A DNA stretch of 62,702 nt, filler included, from Collodictyon triciliatum (Eukaryota), in the NCBI GenBank assembly GCA_043381765.1. It is 5 parts of 5 records of this genome, joined end to end, with 100 filler letters (N's around TTAATTAATTAA, not from the genome) between each part and the next. Parts side by side here need not be neighbours in the genome. Positions count along the whole stretch, not along the records: positions 26,168 to 48,042 come from JBHJMP010002074.1; 4 more parts are not named here. One strand, written 5' to 3'. A program made the position numbers and the translations under genes. Of this stretch, positions 29,540 through 38,700 are shown one piece after another. The notes below the pieces were generated by a model. It did no database searches and was not told the origin of the DNA. It saw only the letters and a list, made by a program, of their open reading frames with translations. The first letter of the stretch is position 1. Every line of letters starts with the position of its first letter.

Positions 29540-30202
29540 TTAGCTATATCCAAAATTTAATTCCATAATATCATTTAATATTTGTTTTCCGTGTTCATAT
29601 AATCCTGCGTATTTCTCTTTTTGTTTTTTTAATCTGTACTTTTTATTATATTCTAATAGTTTATCTCTAATTAATTTGTATTTATTTTTCATTTTTTTTA
29701 AAATTTCATCTTTATTTTTTTCATAATATTTAATTTTTTCTTCTTTTGTTTTATTGTTATATCTTATTTTTGCTTCTTCAAGTTTTTTATCTTTATTTTT
29801 ATAATAATACTTTGATATACTAGAATAATATTTATTCATTTTATTATATTCATCTTCTGTTATATATTCATTATTATCATATCTTCTTTTAATATCTTGT
29901 ATTTTTAAATTATATGTTGATCTATTTATTTTTTTTCTATTAAAAAAGTTATTCATTTTATTTAATTCATCTTCAGATACATATTCATTATTATCATATC
30001 TTCTTTTAATATCTTGTATTTTTAATATATATGTTGATCTATTTATTTTTTTTCTATTAAAAAAGTTATTCATTTTATTTAATTCATCTTCAGATACATA
30101 TTCATTGTTATCATATCTTCTTTTAATATCTTGTATTTTTGAATGATATTTAATAATTGCCCTTTTACGTGACTCTTTGATTTTACTTTCTTTTTTTTCC
30201 AT
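29540..30202 (-). CDS. PLV basic K/Y/N-rich protein with a 39-aa internal tandem repeat
   Basis: 220-aa ORF. KIQDIKRRYDNNEYVSEDELNKMNNFFNRKKINRSTYxL occurs about 2.6 times (117-bp period at 29881/29998/30115). Confidence 0.75.
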   Translation of the reverse strand: MEKKESKIKESRKRAIIKYHSKIQDIKRRYDNNEYVSEDELNKMNNFFNRKKINRSTYILKIQDIKRRYDNNEYVSEDELNKMNNFFNRKKINRSTYNLKIQDIKRRYDNNEYITEDEYNKMNKYYSSISKYYYKNKDKKLEEAKIRYNNKTKEEKIKYYEKNKDEILKKMKNKYKLIRDKLLEYNKKYRLKKQKEKYAGLYEHGKQILNDIMELNFGYS

Positions 30203-30228
30203 AAATAATATTATATAATATTATTTAT
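30201..30228 (-). terminator. Perfect 28-bp palindrome just downstream of ORF 30241-30615
   Basis: ATAAATAATATTAT|ATAATATTATTTAT, 12 nt after the stop and overlapping the ATG of the next gene. Terminator role is inferred. Confidence 0.65.
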
Positions 30229-30240
30229 ATTAAATTAAAA

Positions 30241-30615
30241 TTATTCTCCCGCCTCATATATATATATTTTAAAATCTGTTATATTGCCCAAATCTTCTAA
30301 ATAAGGATCATAACCATATAAACTAGCATCATACAAATCCCAATTCTCTAATATTGATTTAAACTTACCCCCACTTCTCCATCCCTGATTTTCAAAACGG
30401 GCAGCAATTGATATTTTTACATCTGGCCTCATCATATTTCTTATCCATGACTTTTTAAAAAAAGAATCTGGTTTATTGAATAAATAATTTAAAAAATCCC
30501 TCGTTAATCCTCCATCTGTTATATGAAATGCGTGTTGTGTTATTCTGGCTCTTTCCATATGTCTAAAAATATTTGTTGGTCCTGTTTCATTTACTACTCT
30601 TCTTATTCTTGGCAT
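30241..30615 (-). CDS. PLV hypothetical protein
   Basis: 124-aa ORF with globular-looking composition (...KISIAARFENQGWRSGGKF...DFKIYI), flanked by the upstream motif and a downstream palindrome. Confidence 0.75.
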   Translation of the reverse strand: MPRIRRVVNETGPTNIFRHMERARITQHAFHITDGGLTRDFLNYLFNKPDSFFKKSWIRNMMRPDVKISIAARFENQGWRSGGKFKSILENWDLYDASLYGYDPYLEDLGNITDFKIYIYEAGE

Positions 30616-30649
30616 TTATATATTATACTATTATAATTTATAATAAAAT

Positions 30650-30669
30650 TAAAACTTTAAACCGTTTTA
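30650..30669 (-). promoter_or_regulatory. Candidate viral promoter motif, copy 1 (sense TAAAAcGGTTTAAAGTTTTA)
   Basis: Core lies 35-48 nt upstream of ATG 30615. 19 of 20 bases match the copy at 33764-33783. Confidence 0.55.
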
Positions 30670-30704
30670 AATTTTTAATTTATTTTTTTATAATATAATT
30701 GTAT

Positions 30705-31586
30705 ATGAACACCTTTTATAAGTCTTTTATTACTTCTACGCAAAATAAAAAAGATCTACGGGATGACATTATATATAACCTTCATAAAGCGCCAAAAGAT
30801 GATATTGATAAACCGCATTATGTAGCAGAAAAAGAAAATAGTGAACATCAAGCCGATCTTTTATTTTTACCAAATGATAAAGGGTTTAAATATTTATTAG
30901 TTATAACTGATATTAAAACAAGAAAAACAGACGCACAACCACTAAGAACAAAAACAGCGAGCGCAGTATTAAACGCAGCAAAAAAAATATATGATAGAAA
31001 TATATTAAAATTACCAATATATAGATTGATCGTTGATGACGGGGCAGAGTTTAAAGGTGTATTTGAAAAATATTTTAATGAGAATAATATATATGTTAAA
31101 CACTTAGAGCCGGGGCAACATTTGGGAATTGTCGACGCTAAAATAAAAATGATTGGTAGCGCTTTATTAAAAAGACAAACAGCACAAGAACTAATAACAA
31201 AAAAACAAAATAAAGAATGGATAAAATATTTAGACGAATTAATAATGTTAGTAAATAAATATACAGAAACACATTATGAAGAAAAAAAAGAGGATCCATT
31301 CCCTAGAGTTTCAAAACCTACTAAATTGTTAGAAGTAGGCACAGAAGTAAGGACGGCTTTATTTAAGCCTGAAGATGTCCAAGGAAAAAGACTAAGCGGA
31401 AAATTTCGAGCGAGTGATATAAGATGGGACCCGAAAATAAAAAAGATTACAGATATTATAATAAAACCAAACGCCCCATTAATGTATATTGTGGATAATG
31501 ATGTAGAAACACCATATACTAATAATAAATTACAAATTATTAGCAAAAAGGAAAAAACCCCTAAATTAAAGGATGTTAAAAAATAA
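30705..31586 (+). CDS. Retroviral-like (rve) integrase, Polinton type
   Basis: YNLHKAP; HQADLLFLPNDKGFKYLLVITDIKTRK...PLRTKT; IVDDGAEFKG; LGIVDAKIKMI; C-terminal LEVGTEVR...KFRASDIRW...P.MYIV. First ATG is at 30705 (the ORF track starts at TTG 30699). Confidence 0.9.
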   Translation: MNTFYKSFITSTQNKKDLRDDIIYNLHKAPKDDIDKPHYVAEKENSEHQADLLFLPNDKGFKYLLVITDIKTRKTDAQPLRTKTASAVLNAAKKIYDRNILKLPIYRLIVDDGAEFKGVFEKYFNENNIYVKHLEPGQHLGIVDAKIKMIGSALLKRQTAQELITKKQNKEWIKYLDELIMLVNKYTETHYEEKKEDPFPRVSKPTKLLEVGTEVRTALFKPEDVQGKRLSGKFRASDIRWDPKIKKITDIIIKPNAPLMYIVDNDVETPYTNNKLQIISKKEKTPKLKDVKK

Positions 31587-31596
31587 TTATATTTTA
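31577..31596. terminator. Palindrome between the convergent integrase and helicase stops
   Basis: TAAAAAATAA|TTATATTTTA, 10-bp arms with one mismatch. Confidence 0.4.
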
Positions 31597-33735
31597 TCAC
31601 CATGCAAATCTCTTATAATTTTTATACCATATTAAATCTGGATCTGTTTCTTCCTCCTCTTCTATTCTTATAATATTTTGAGGTTTACATGTTTTTTTTT
31701 TGTTTCGTTTTATCTCATTATCTGAGACATCTAAAAAGTCCTCAAGTTCGCAATTAGCGAAACCATCATATATTTTTTTTGGTTTTGTTTTTTTTATCTT
31801 TTTTGGATTTAATTCTATTAATAGTTCTTTTTCTTTTAGTAAATCACTTTTTAAATCCTCTTCAATTTTTTTATTTTCATTTGTTATATTTTTACATTCT
31901 TCAATAATACTTATTTCTCCGTCTTCATCATCAAATGTTTCAATTATATTTGAATATCTTACTGTTTTTGTTTCGGTGCCTTTGTCTAATGGGTTTATAT
32001 AATCTTTTTTTATTTCTTCTTTAATATTTGTAATTTTTTTAAATTTCTTTTTTAATTTTTTTAATTTCTTTTCTAAATCAATTATTATATTTTCTTTGTC
32101 GTTTATTTTTTTCTCTTGATCAATAGTTTTTAAATCAAACATATTTTTAACTTGTAATATTTCATTTTGTAATTTAATATACACATTATCAATAATATCA
32201 TTTTTATTTAAGTATTGATCTACTATTTGATTATATTTATTTTCAATGTCTTTTTTTTCCGACTTCAAAATATTATATTCTTCTAACAATTGATCATAAT
32301 TATTTTTTAATTCTTCATTTTCTTTTATTAAATCAATATGTTCATTTTTTAACGAGTCCTTAATATCAATTACTTTATCATTATCATTATTATCATTATA
32401 TTCCATGCCCGCTAACCATTTATTATTATTGGCAATTTTTAATAATATTTCATAATCTACTTTATATATTTCAATACTGTTTTTTATACTTTTAATATTA
32501 ACTTCTGCGAGCTTTTCATAAAATACTGATGATCTATTTTCATAATTTAATTTATTTGATATACAATACGTTTTAAATTCTTCATATAATAAGGTTCTTT
32601 TTATTCCACATAATCCCTTTTTTTTAAGTATATACTCATCTCTAATAAACTTATACTCGCATATTAACGACTTTTCAATAGCTCGTTTTTTACTTTCTGT
32701 TAGTGGCATTTTTTGAGAATAAAATTTTGTTGTATCTATTTCAAGAATATAATTAAAAAAAGCTTTAGCTACCTCATCATTAAATGTTTCATCTCTTAAT
32801 TTTCCGTAATATTCATGATCATTCATATATTCAGTATTGATATCTAAAATAAAATATCGCCGTCCTTCTGAATGTTGAATAGCTTGATGATTGGATAAAA
32901 CAATATAATTATTTGTATTTGCACATTTAAAGCTTTTTTCATACTTTTCATTTATAATCATTGTTTCTGATGTTATCATATCTTTTAATTTTGATGATAC
33001 ACCTATCCATTCACTTCTGGAGAATGTGGGCAACTCTTCAAACACAACTAATATAGCACCTTTAAGAATTGCATTATAAGGCGTTTTTAATGGTTCAGTT
33101 CCGCACTTTGTGGCCAATCCATCACCCAATATATATTTTATAATATAATCAGGTAGTGTTGATTTACCGGCACCTTCTGGAGATCTTAAATATAATACTG
33201 AATCATTTTTCTTACCTTTAAATAAATTACTATACCAACATAATAAATAATTATATATATCATCATTATCATCAGCTAAAACTTTATAAATATAATCTAA
33301 TAATAATTTAACCTTATTTTTAATTTCATCACTAAATTCACTATAAGGCTTAACTAAATTTTTTAATCTATAAAATTCCGATACATTAATATATCTAATA
33401 TTATTTTCAATATATAGCCGAGGTTTAAAATTATTATTGATTAATTGATATTCTATTATATTTTTTGTTGCTATTGCTTCTTTTATATCTTTATCAAACT
33501 TATTAAAAAATCGTTTACATATATTTTTTAAATCATAGAATTTAAATTTATTTTCTGATACATCATAAAAATAAAAATCACCTTCTACTTGATAAAAATA
33601 TTTATTTAAATATTCTATACAATCGTCAATTTTATAAATAACCTTACCGTTTACAAAATCGGATTTTCTTAAATTATTAACTGTTTCAAAATTAAAAACT
33701 TCAACTGGTAAATTAATTTCAATAATATTAGCCAT
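31597..33735 (-). CDS. Superfamily 3 (D5-like/DUF5906-type) helicase with C-terminal coiled coil
   Basis: Walker A SPEGAGKST, Walker B LVVFEE, KLKDMITSETMIINEKY, motif C YIVLSNH, Arg-finger-like EGRRYFIL. No primase motifs recognised in the N-terminus. Confidence 0.9.
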   Translation of the reverse strand: MANIIEINLPVEVFNFETVNNLRKSDFVNGKVIYKIDDCIEYLNKYFYQVEGDFYFYDVSENKFKFYDLKNICKRFFNKFDKDIKEAIATKNIIEYQLINNNFKPRLYIENNIRYINVSEFYRLKNLVKPYSEFSDEIKNKVKLLLDYIYKVLADDNDDIYNYLLCWYSNLFKGKKNDSVLYLRSPEGAGKSTLPDYIIKYILGDGLATKCGTEPLKTPYNAILKGAILVVFEELPTFSRSEWIGVSSKLKDMITSETMIINEKYEKSFKCANTNNYIVLSNHQAIQHSEGRRYFILDINTEYMNDHEYYGKLRDETFNDEVAKAFFNYILEIDTTKFYSQKMPLTESKKRAIEKSLICEYKFIRDEYILKKKGLCGIKRTLLYEEFKTYCISNKLNYENRSSVFYEKLAEVNIKSIKNSIEIYKVDYEILLKIANNNKWLAGMEYNDNNDNDKVIDIKDSLKNEHIDLIKENEELKNNYDQLLEEYNILKSEKKDIENKYNQIVDQYLNKNDIIDNVYIKLQNEILQVKNMFDLKTIDQEKKINDKENIIIDLEKKLKKLKKKFKKITNIKEEIKKDYINPLDKGTETKTVRYSNIIETFDDEDGEISIIEECKNITNENKKIEEDLKSDLLKEKELLIELNPKKIKKTKPKKIYDGFANCELEDFLDVSDNEIKRNKKKTCKPQNIIRIEEEEETDPDLIWYKNYKRFAW

Positions 33736-33763
33736 TATTATATATTATAATTTTATATAAAAA

Positions 33764-33783
33764 TAAAACTTTAAACCATTTTA
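33764..33783 (-). promoter_or_regulatory. Candidate viral promoter motif, copy 2 (sense TAAAAtGGTTTAAAGTTTTA)
   Basis: Core lies 29-42 nt upstream of the helicase ATG at 33735. Confidence 0.55.
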
Positions 33784-33883
33784 TAATTAATTAATTTTTA
33801 CAAAAAAAAATAATAACGGTTTCCGAATCTGGAAAAGTGGAGATAGAAATATAGGAATGAGAACGGAACATATAAATATTGTA

Positions 33884-34140
33884 TTAGGGAATGGGGGGAA
33901 GGGAAAACCGGCCAACACATAATATATATATTTATATCTGTATATTTAATTTTTATTCTTTCCCTCCCTCCCTTTTATCCCTTCTATCCCAACTATCAAT
34001 TATATATATCATATAGTTTATTACCTTTATTTTTTAGGGAATCAGGGGAGGGGAAAATAGGATTTTATATATATTTATATTTATACTTTATATAAATACT
34101 TTTTATATATTCCCTCCCTCCCTTCTCTCCCTTCTATCCC
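33884..34140. repeat. Two imperfect direct repeats (150-bp period) in the subterminal region of the element
   Basis: TTAGGGAAT..GGG..GGGAAAA / TATATATATTTATAT / TTCCCTCCCTCCCTT.T.TCCCTTCTATCCC at 33884-33990 and 34034-34140. Confidence 0.85.
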
Positions 34141-34201
34141 TTCCAACAAATAATATAATATAATATAATAAGTAATATAAAATAAGAAGTTTAAAACCTT
34201 A

Positions 34202-34231
34202 GGATATAGCGGAAATTATGCCGCTATATCC
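34202..34231. repeat. Perfect 11-bp stem-loop near the element end
   Basis: GGATATAGCGG-aaattatg-CCGCTATATCC. Confidence 0.9.
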
Positions 34232-34629
34232 GATATTTAAATCCAAAGCGTAGCGACAACACCCCAAAGGATATATAGGCATACATAGGGAGCAATAAGG
34301 CGGGTGTCGGGGGATACCTGGGTAGACGACTCAGCCATCAGTCAGTTGCTTTTATACCGCCTGTTGGTTGCTGTAGGATCCGTTTGCCTTGGCCGGCCCT
34401 CAAGTTGGCACTGAATGAAAAGAAGCACTCCGAGGAATACAAAAAGCAGCGGCAATACGCATGCTTAATCAATATTAATTATATGGTTTAAAAAAAGCAT
34501 CCGACGCAACGAAAGAAAAATAAAAAGGAAAGAAAAAAAAGAGCAGAGATAAAAACAATCATCCTAAAATAAGACATGTCTCTTCGGTGGTAACTTAAAA
34601 TAAGAATGAACAGCTGGCAAAGTAAGATC

Positions 34630-35410
34630 AAAGAAGACAAAGAAGACAAAGAAGACAAAGAAGACAAAGAAGACAAAGAAGACAAAGAAGACAAAGAAGA
34701 CAAAGAAGACAAAGAAGACAAAGAAGANNNNNNNNNNNNNNNNNNNNNNNNNNNNNNNNNNNNNNNNNNNNNNNNNNNNNNNNNNNNNNNNNNNNNNNNN
34801 NNNNNNNNNNNNNNNNNNNNNNNNNNNNNNNNNNNNNNNNNNNNNNNNNNNNNNNNNNNNNNNNNNNNNNNNNNNNNNNNNNNNNNNNNNNNNNNNNNNN
34901 NNNNNNNNNNNNNNNNNNNNNNNNNNNNNNNNNNNNNNNNNNNNNNNNNNNNNNNNNNNNNNNNNNNNNNNNNNNNNNNNNNNNNNNNNNNNNNNNNNNN
35001 NNNNNNNNNNNNNNNNNNNNNNNNNNNNNNNNNNNNNNNNNNNNNNNNNNNNNNNNNNNNNNNNNNNNNNNNNNNNNNNNNNAAAAAGACAAAAAAGACA
35101 AAGAAGACAAAGAAGACAAAAAAGACAAAAAAGACAAAAAAGACAAAAAAGACAAAAAAGACAAAAAAGACAAAAAAAGACAAAAAAAGACAAAAAAAGA
35201 CAAAAAAGACAAAAAAGACAAAAAAGACAAAAAAGACAAAAAAGACAAAAAAGACAAAAAAGACAAAAAAGACAAAAAAGACAAAAAAGACAAAAAGACA
35301 AAAAAGACAAAAAAGACAAAAAAGACAAAAAAGACAAAAAAAGACAAAAAAAGACAAAAAAAAGACAAAAAAAGACAAAAAAGACAAAAAAGACAAAAAA
35401 GACAAAAAAA
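34630..35410. repeat. (AAAGAAGAC)/(AAAAAAGAC)n simple repeat spanning a scaffold gap
   Basis: Related 9-mer units on both sides of the N run 34728-35082. Confidence 0.9.
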
Positions 35411-35798
35411 CAAAAAGAAAAAACAAAAAAAGATGAAAATGCAAAAAAGATGAAAATGCACATGACTATTGTTCCTATTCCATTCCATATCCTCATTCTT
35501 CTACTTATATACATACACACACACACCTATTTGTTAAGTATTTCCTACGAAACAAGACGAACTACACCCATCATTTCTATACACGCATAGTTCGGCTATT
35601 TTATTTTATTTTGCATCCTTTTCATACCTGAGCCTCTTATCCCCGGATAACCTTGCCTTCGCCTCTCATTCTCGCCACGCGCAGTATATATTATTTTCCT
35701 ACTACCGTATGACACTCACCAGCATTTCGACTCACTATCTATTGTCCCTTCATATTATCACCTCAAAAGTCTTAGATTTACTGGAGCGTTTACATAGA

Positions 35799-38700
35799 AT
35801 GAGCCAGGTTTGGAGTAACTTTATAGATGGGAATATGATTCCTAGCTCGTTTGCTGGAGCAGAAGGTTATTTAATTCTTTATGCATGACCTTTTTATGCC
35901 CGTTTTCCTCCTGAGGGAGCGGGTTATTAATCAAGGATCTTTCCACGACTGCATATAACAAAATTCTAGAAGTTGAATCAAAGAACCGCTTTTTTGAATG
36001 AGAATATAGGAGGCAAAATAAAAAAATTATCACTAAATGATACAACCTTAACACACGGTTCGCAATTTTTTTTATGGCAGGAATATTCACATGCGGTTTT
36101 ATATTATTAGATTCATCATTTTCTACGCGCACTTTGCTGAGTCCTCATGATGGTTCTGAAATCGGACGAGTCCTACTATCTGATGCTGTCGTCGCTAATG
36201 AAGCAGTAGATTCAGCTCACAAAGCATTTTTGTCATGGTCTGCTCGTACCCCCAAGGACCGCTGCCAGATTCTGCTAAAGTGGTACTACATACTACAGCA
36301 AAATGCAGACACACTTGCAGATGGGATCGTAAAAGAGCACGGGAAAACAAAACAAGAGGCATTGGTAGGCACTTTCATTCAAAACATTGTGACGGGCATT
36401 GATAAAAAAATTATAAGCGATAAGGTCAACATATATTTTTTTGCAAATACTTCTGGTATATGCCAGATAATTGTATTAAATTTTCTTGAATAGGCCGAAA
36501 TTGCGAAGGGGTTGGAGACTCTTGAATATGCTATTAGCATGCCCCAAATCGTCAGCGGTCGTATTCAAGAGGTCTGGACAACACAATCTGAACTATCATT
36601 TTTCTCATTTATAAGTTCGCTGATAAATCGGAACATATGGAATCCGATTAATATAATTGTCACAAAGGTCTCAAGAGGAGTGTATTGCCAAGATGCCAGG
36701 CTCCCTCTCGGGGTGGTAGTCCACATCGTACCATTCAACTTTCCTTTCATGGTTCCTATGTGGACAATTCCAATCGCTCTGGCAACAGGTTTTTTTTTAT
36801 TTCTGCAATATTTTTAACCACCTTCCCAAAAAAAGTCGTTTAAGCGTAATCACAGGGAATTGTGTGGTGCTAAAGCCCTCCGAGAAAGTTCCGATGACGA
36901 TGAACCGCGTCGTTAAACTTGCCAAAGAAGCAGGCATGTGGGCTAAAAAAGAAAAAAGAAAGAAAAAAGAAAGAAAAAAGAAAGAAAAAAGAAAGAAAAA
37001 AGAAAGAAAAAAGAAAGAAAAAAGAAAGAAAAAAGAAAGAAANNNNNNNNNNNNNNNNNNNNNNNNNNNNNNNNNNNNNNNNNNNNNNNNNNNNNNNNNN
37101 NNNNNNNNNNNNNNNNNNNNNNNNNNNNNNNNNNNNNNNNNNNNNNNNNNNNNNNNNNNNNNNNNNNNNNNNNNNNNNNNNNNNNNNNNNNNNNNNNNNN
37201 NNNNNNNNNNNNNNNNNNNNNNNNNNNNNNNNNNNNNNNNNNNNNNNNNNNNNNNNNNNNNNNNNNNNNNNNNNNNNNNNNNNNNNNNAAAAAGAAAAAA
37301 AGAAAAAAAAGAAAAAAAAGAAAAAAAAAAAAAAAAAGAAAAAAAAAGAAAAAAAAGAAAAAAAAGAAAAAAAAGAAAAAAAAGAAAAAAAAGAAAAAAA
37401 AGAAAAAAAAGAAAAAAAAGAAAAAAGAATATGAACAATACCCATAAAATTTGACTTACATTTTGGACATAGCTTTCTTTATTCCTTACTATGTCTTCTT
37501 TTTTCATATTCCCCCCTAGTTCCTTCTCTGCAATATGATTAGGCTTCCAAACCCTTAACGAATACATACATTTTTCTTTTCACCCTTCATCCTTTTTGTA
37601 AATATTAGGTATTCCTGATGGTGTGTTCAATTTAGTGAATGGTACGGCTCCGGTTGTCATGGCTTTATGCGAGCATCCAAAGGTTGTTAACGAGGCCTAT
37701 TTCTTCCACATTTTGGAACTTCCTTCGAGTGGACGAGTTCTTGAGAATAGAAACTGATCTTCTAGCATACTCGATTTCGTCTCCATACTTTTGTGCTTGA
37801 TATCCTTTTCATATCCTCTCTTCCTTTCATTAAGATAACGTAGTTAATTCCGCTCAGGTAAAGGGAGTAACATTCGTTGGGACAACTCGTGTTGCCGAGA
37901 TATTGTCACATAAATGTCGTGCGTTGAATAAGCGTGTGCTAGCCCTTGGGGGAGCAAAAAACCACCTGGTGACGAATTCATTTCTATTTAGTATTCTATT
38001 CAGATATCCTTCTGTGTGATTCATATGAGAGTCGGAAGCTTATCGAGTACGATTGGCTAATACAGGTTACCTCCCCAGAATGCAACTACTCAATGGCCAG
38101 GTTACATATTTGTTGAAAGCCCAATATATGATGTTAAGTTATGAGCGTACCTTCGGTACTTTATGAGTCGATGTTGCTGTACCACATCATCTGACAATAT
38201 TTTTATCATTGTTATTTTAATAAACGATATTGGTCATCTGAATCACAAATGCAGCCAAGATATTGTGGCATCATTCACAGGTTGTGCTGGCCAGAGATGT
38301 ATGGCAGCTTCTGTGCTTCTCACCATCGGAAATCAACCAGAGTTGGTAAAGATGGTATGTTTTATCTCATTCTAAAATTTTATTCTGTAGGTGGGCAAAT
38401 GTAGACAAAGAATAGAATACGAAGCTATGAAGCTTATGGAGCTCCATACGATCAATTTTAAAGAAAGATGAATATGATAAATGATTATTAATTTATATCC
38501 AATCATTCCCATCAGATTGTAGAGAAGGCTTCTACTCTGACTCCTGGTTCTGGACCAGGAAATATGGGGCCTGTTATCGACGGTTGGTTGCCGCACCATT
38601 ATTCTGAAATCTCGGTTTTGTTTAAAATAAATAATTGTTGCTTTAAAGCTTTCCTTTCCCACTCAGAATTATTATTGTTAAATAATAACCAATTCTCGTG

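Larger units (their letters stand above)
26168..34261. mobile_element. Endogenous Polinton-like virus (PLV), right-hand portion; left part lost in the gap
   Basis: Abruptly AT-rich, intronless, tightly packed ORFs including a capsid-like protein, Tlr6F-like protein, rve integrase and SF3 helicase. Runs directly into host-like sequence on the right. Right end is about 34258-34261 (...CA), or alternatively 34331 (...ACT). Confidence 0.9.

Noticed and set aside
29830-30140. Regularly spaced repeats as a CRISPR-like array
   Set aside because: Units are contiguous with no unique spacers and encode an in-frame protein repeat.
33884-34040. TTAGGG as telomeric repeats
   Set aside because: Only single isolated TTAGGG copies inside the 150-bp units, not tandem arrays.
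26168-34261. Bacterial, organellar or phage contamination as the source of the AT-rich island
   Set aside because: No Shine-Dalgarno-like leaders or organellar genes. The gene set (PLV-type MCP, Tlr6F, rve integrase) is eukaryotic-virus-like, and the island runs into host-type sequence on the right.
34488-35526. Long ORFs of poly-FVF / KTK / EDK
   Set aside because: Translations of microsatellites and N runs; the same applies to ORFs over 20790-21385 and 37043-37288.
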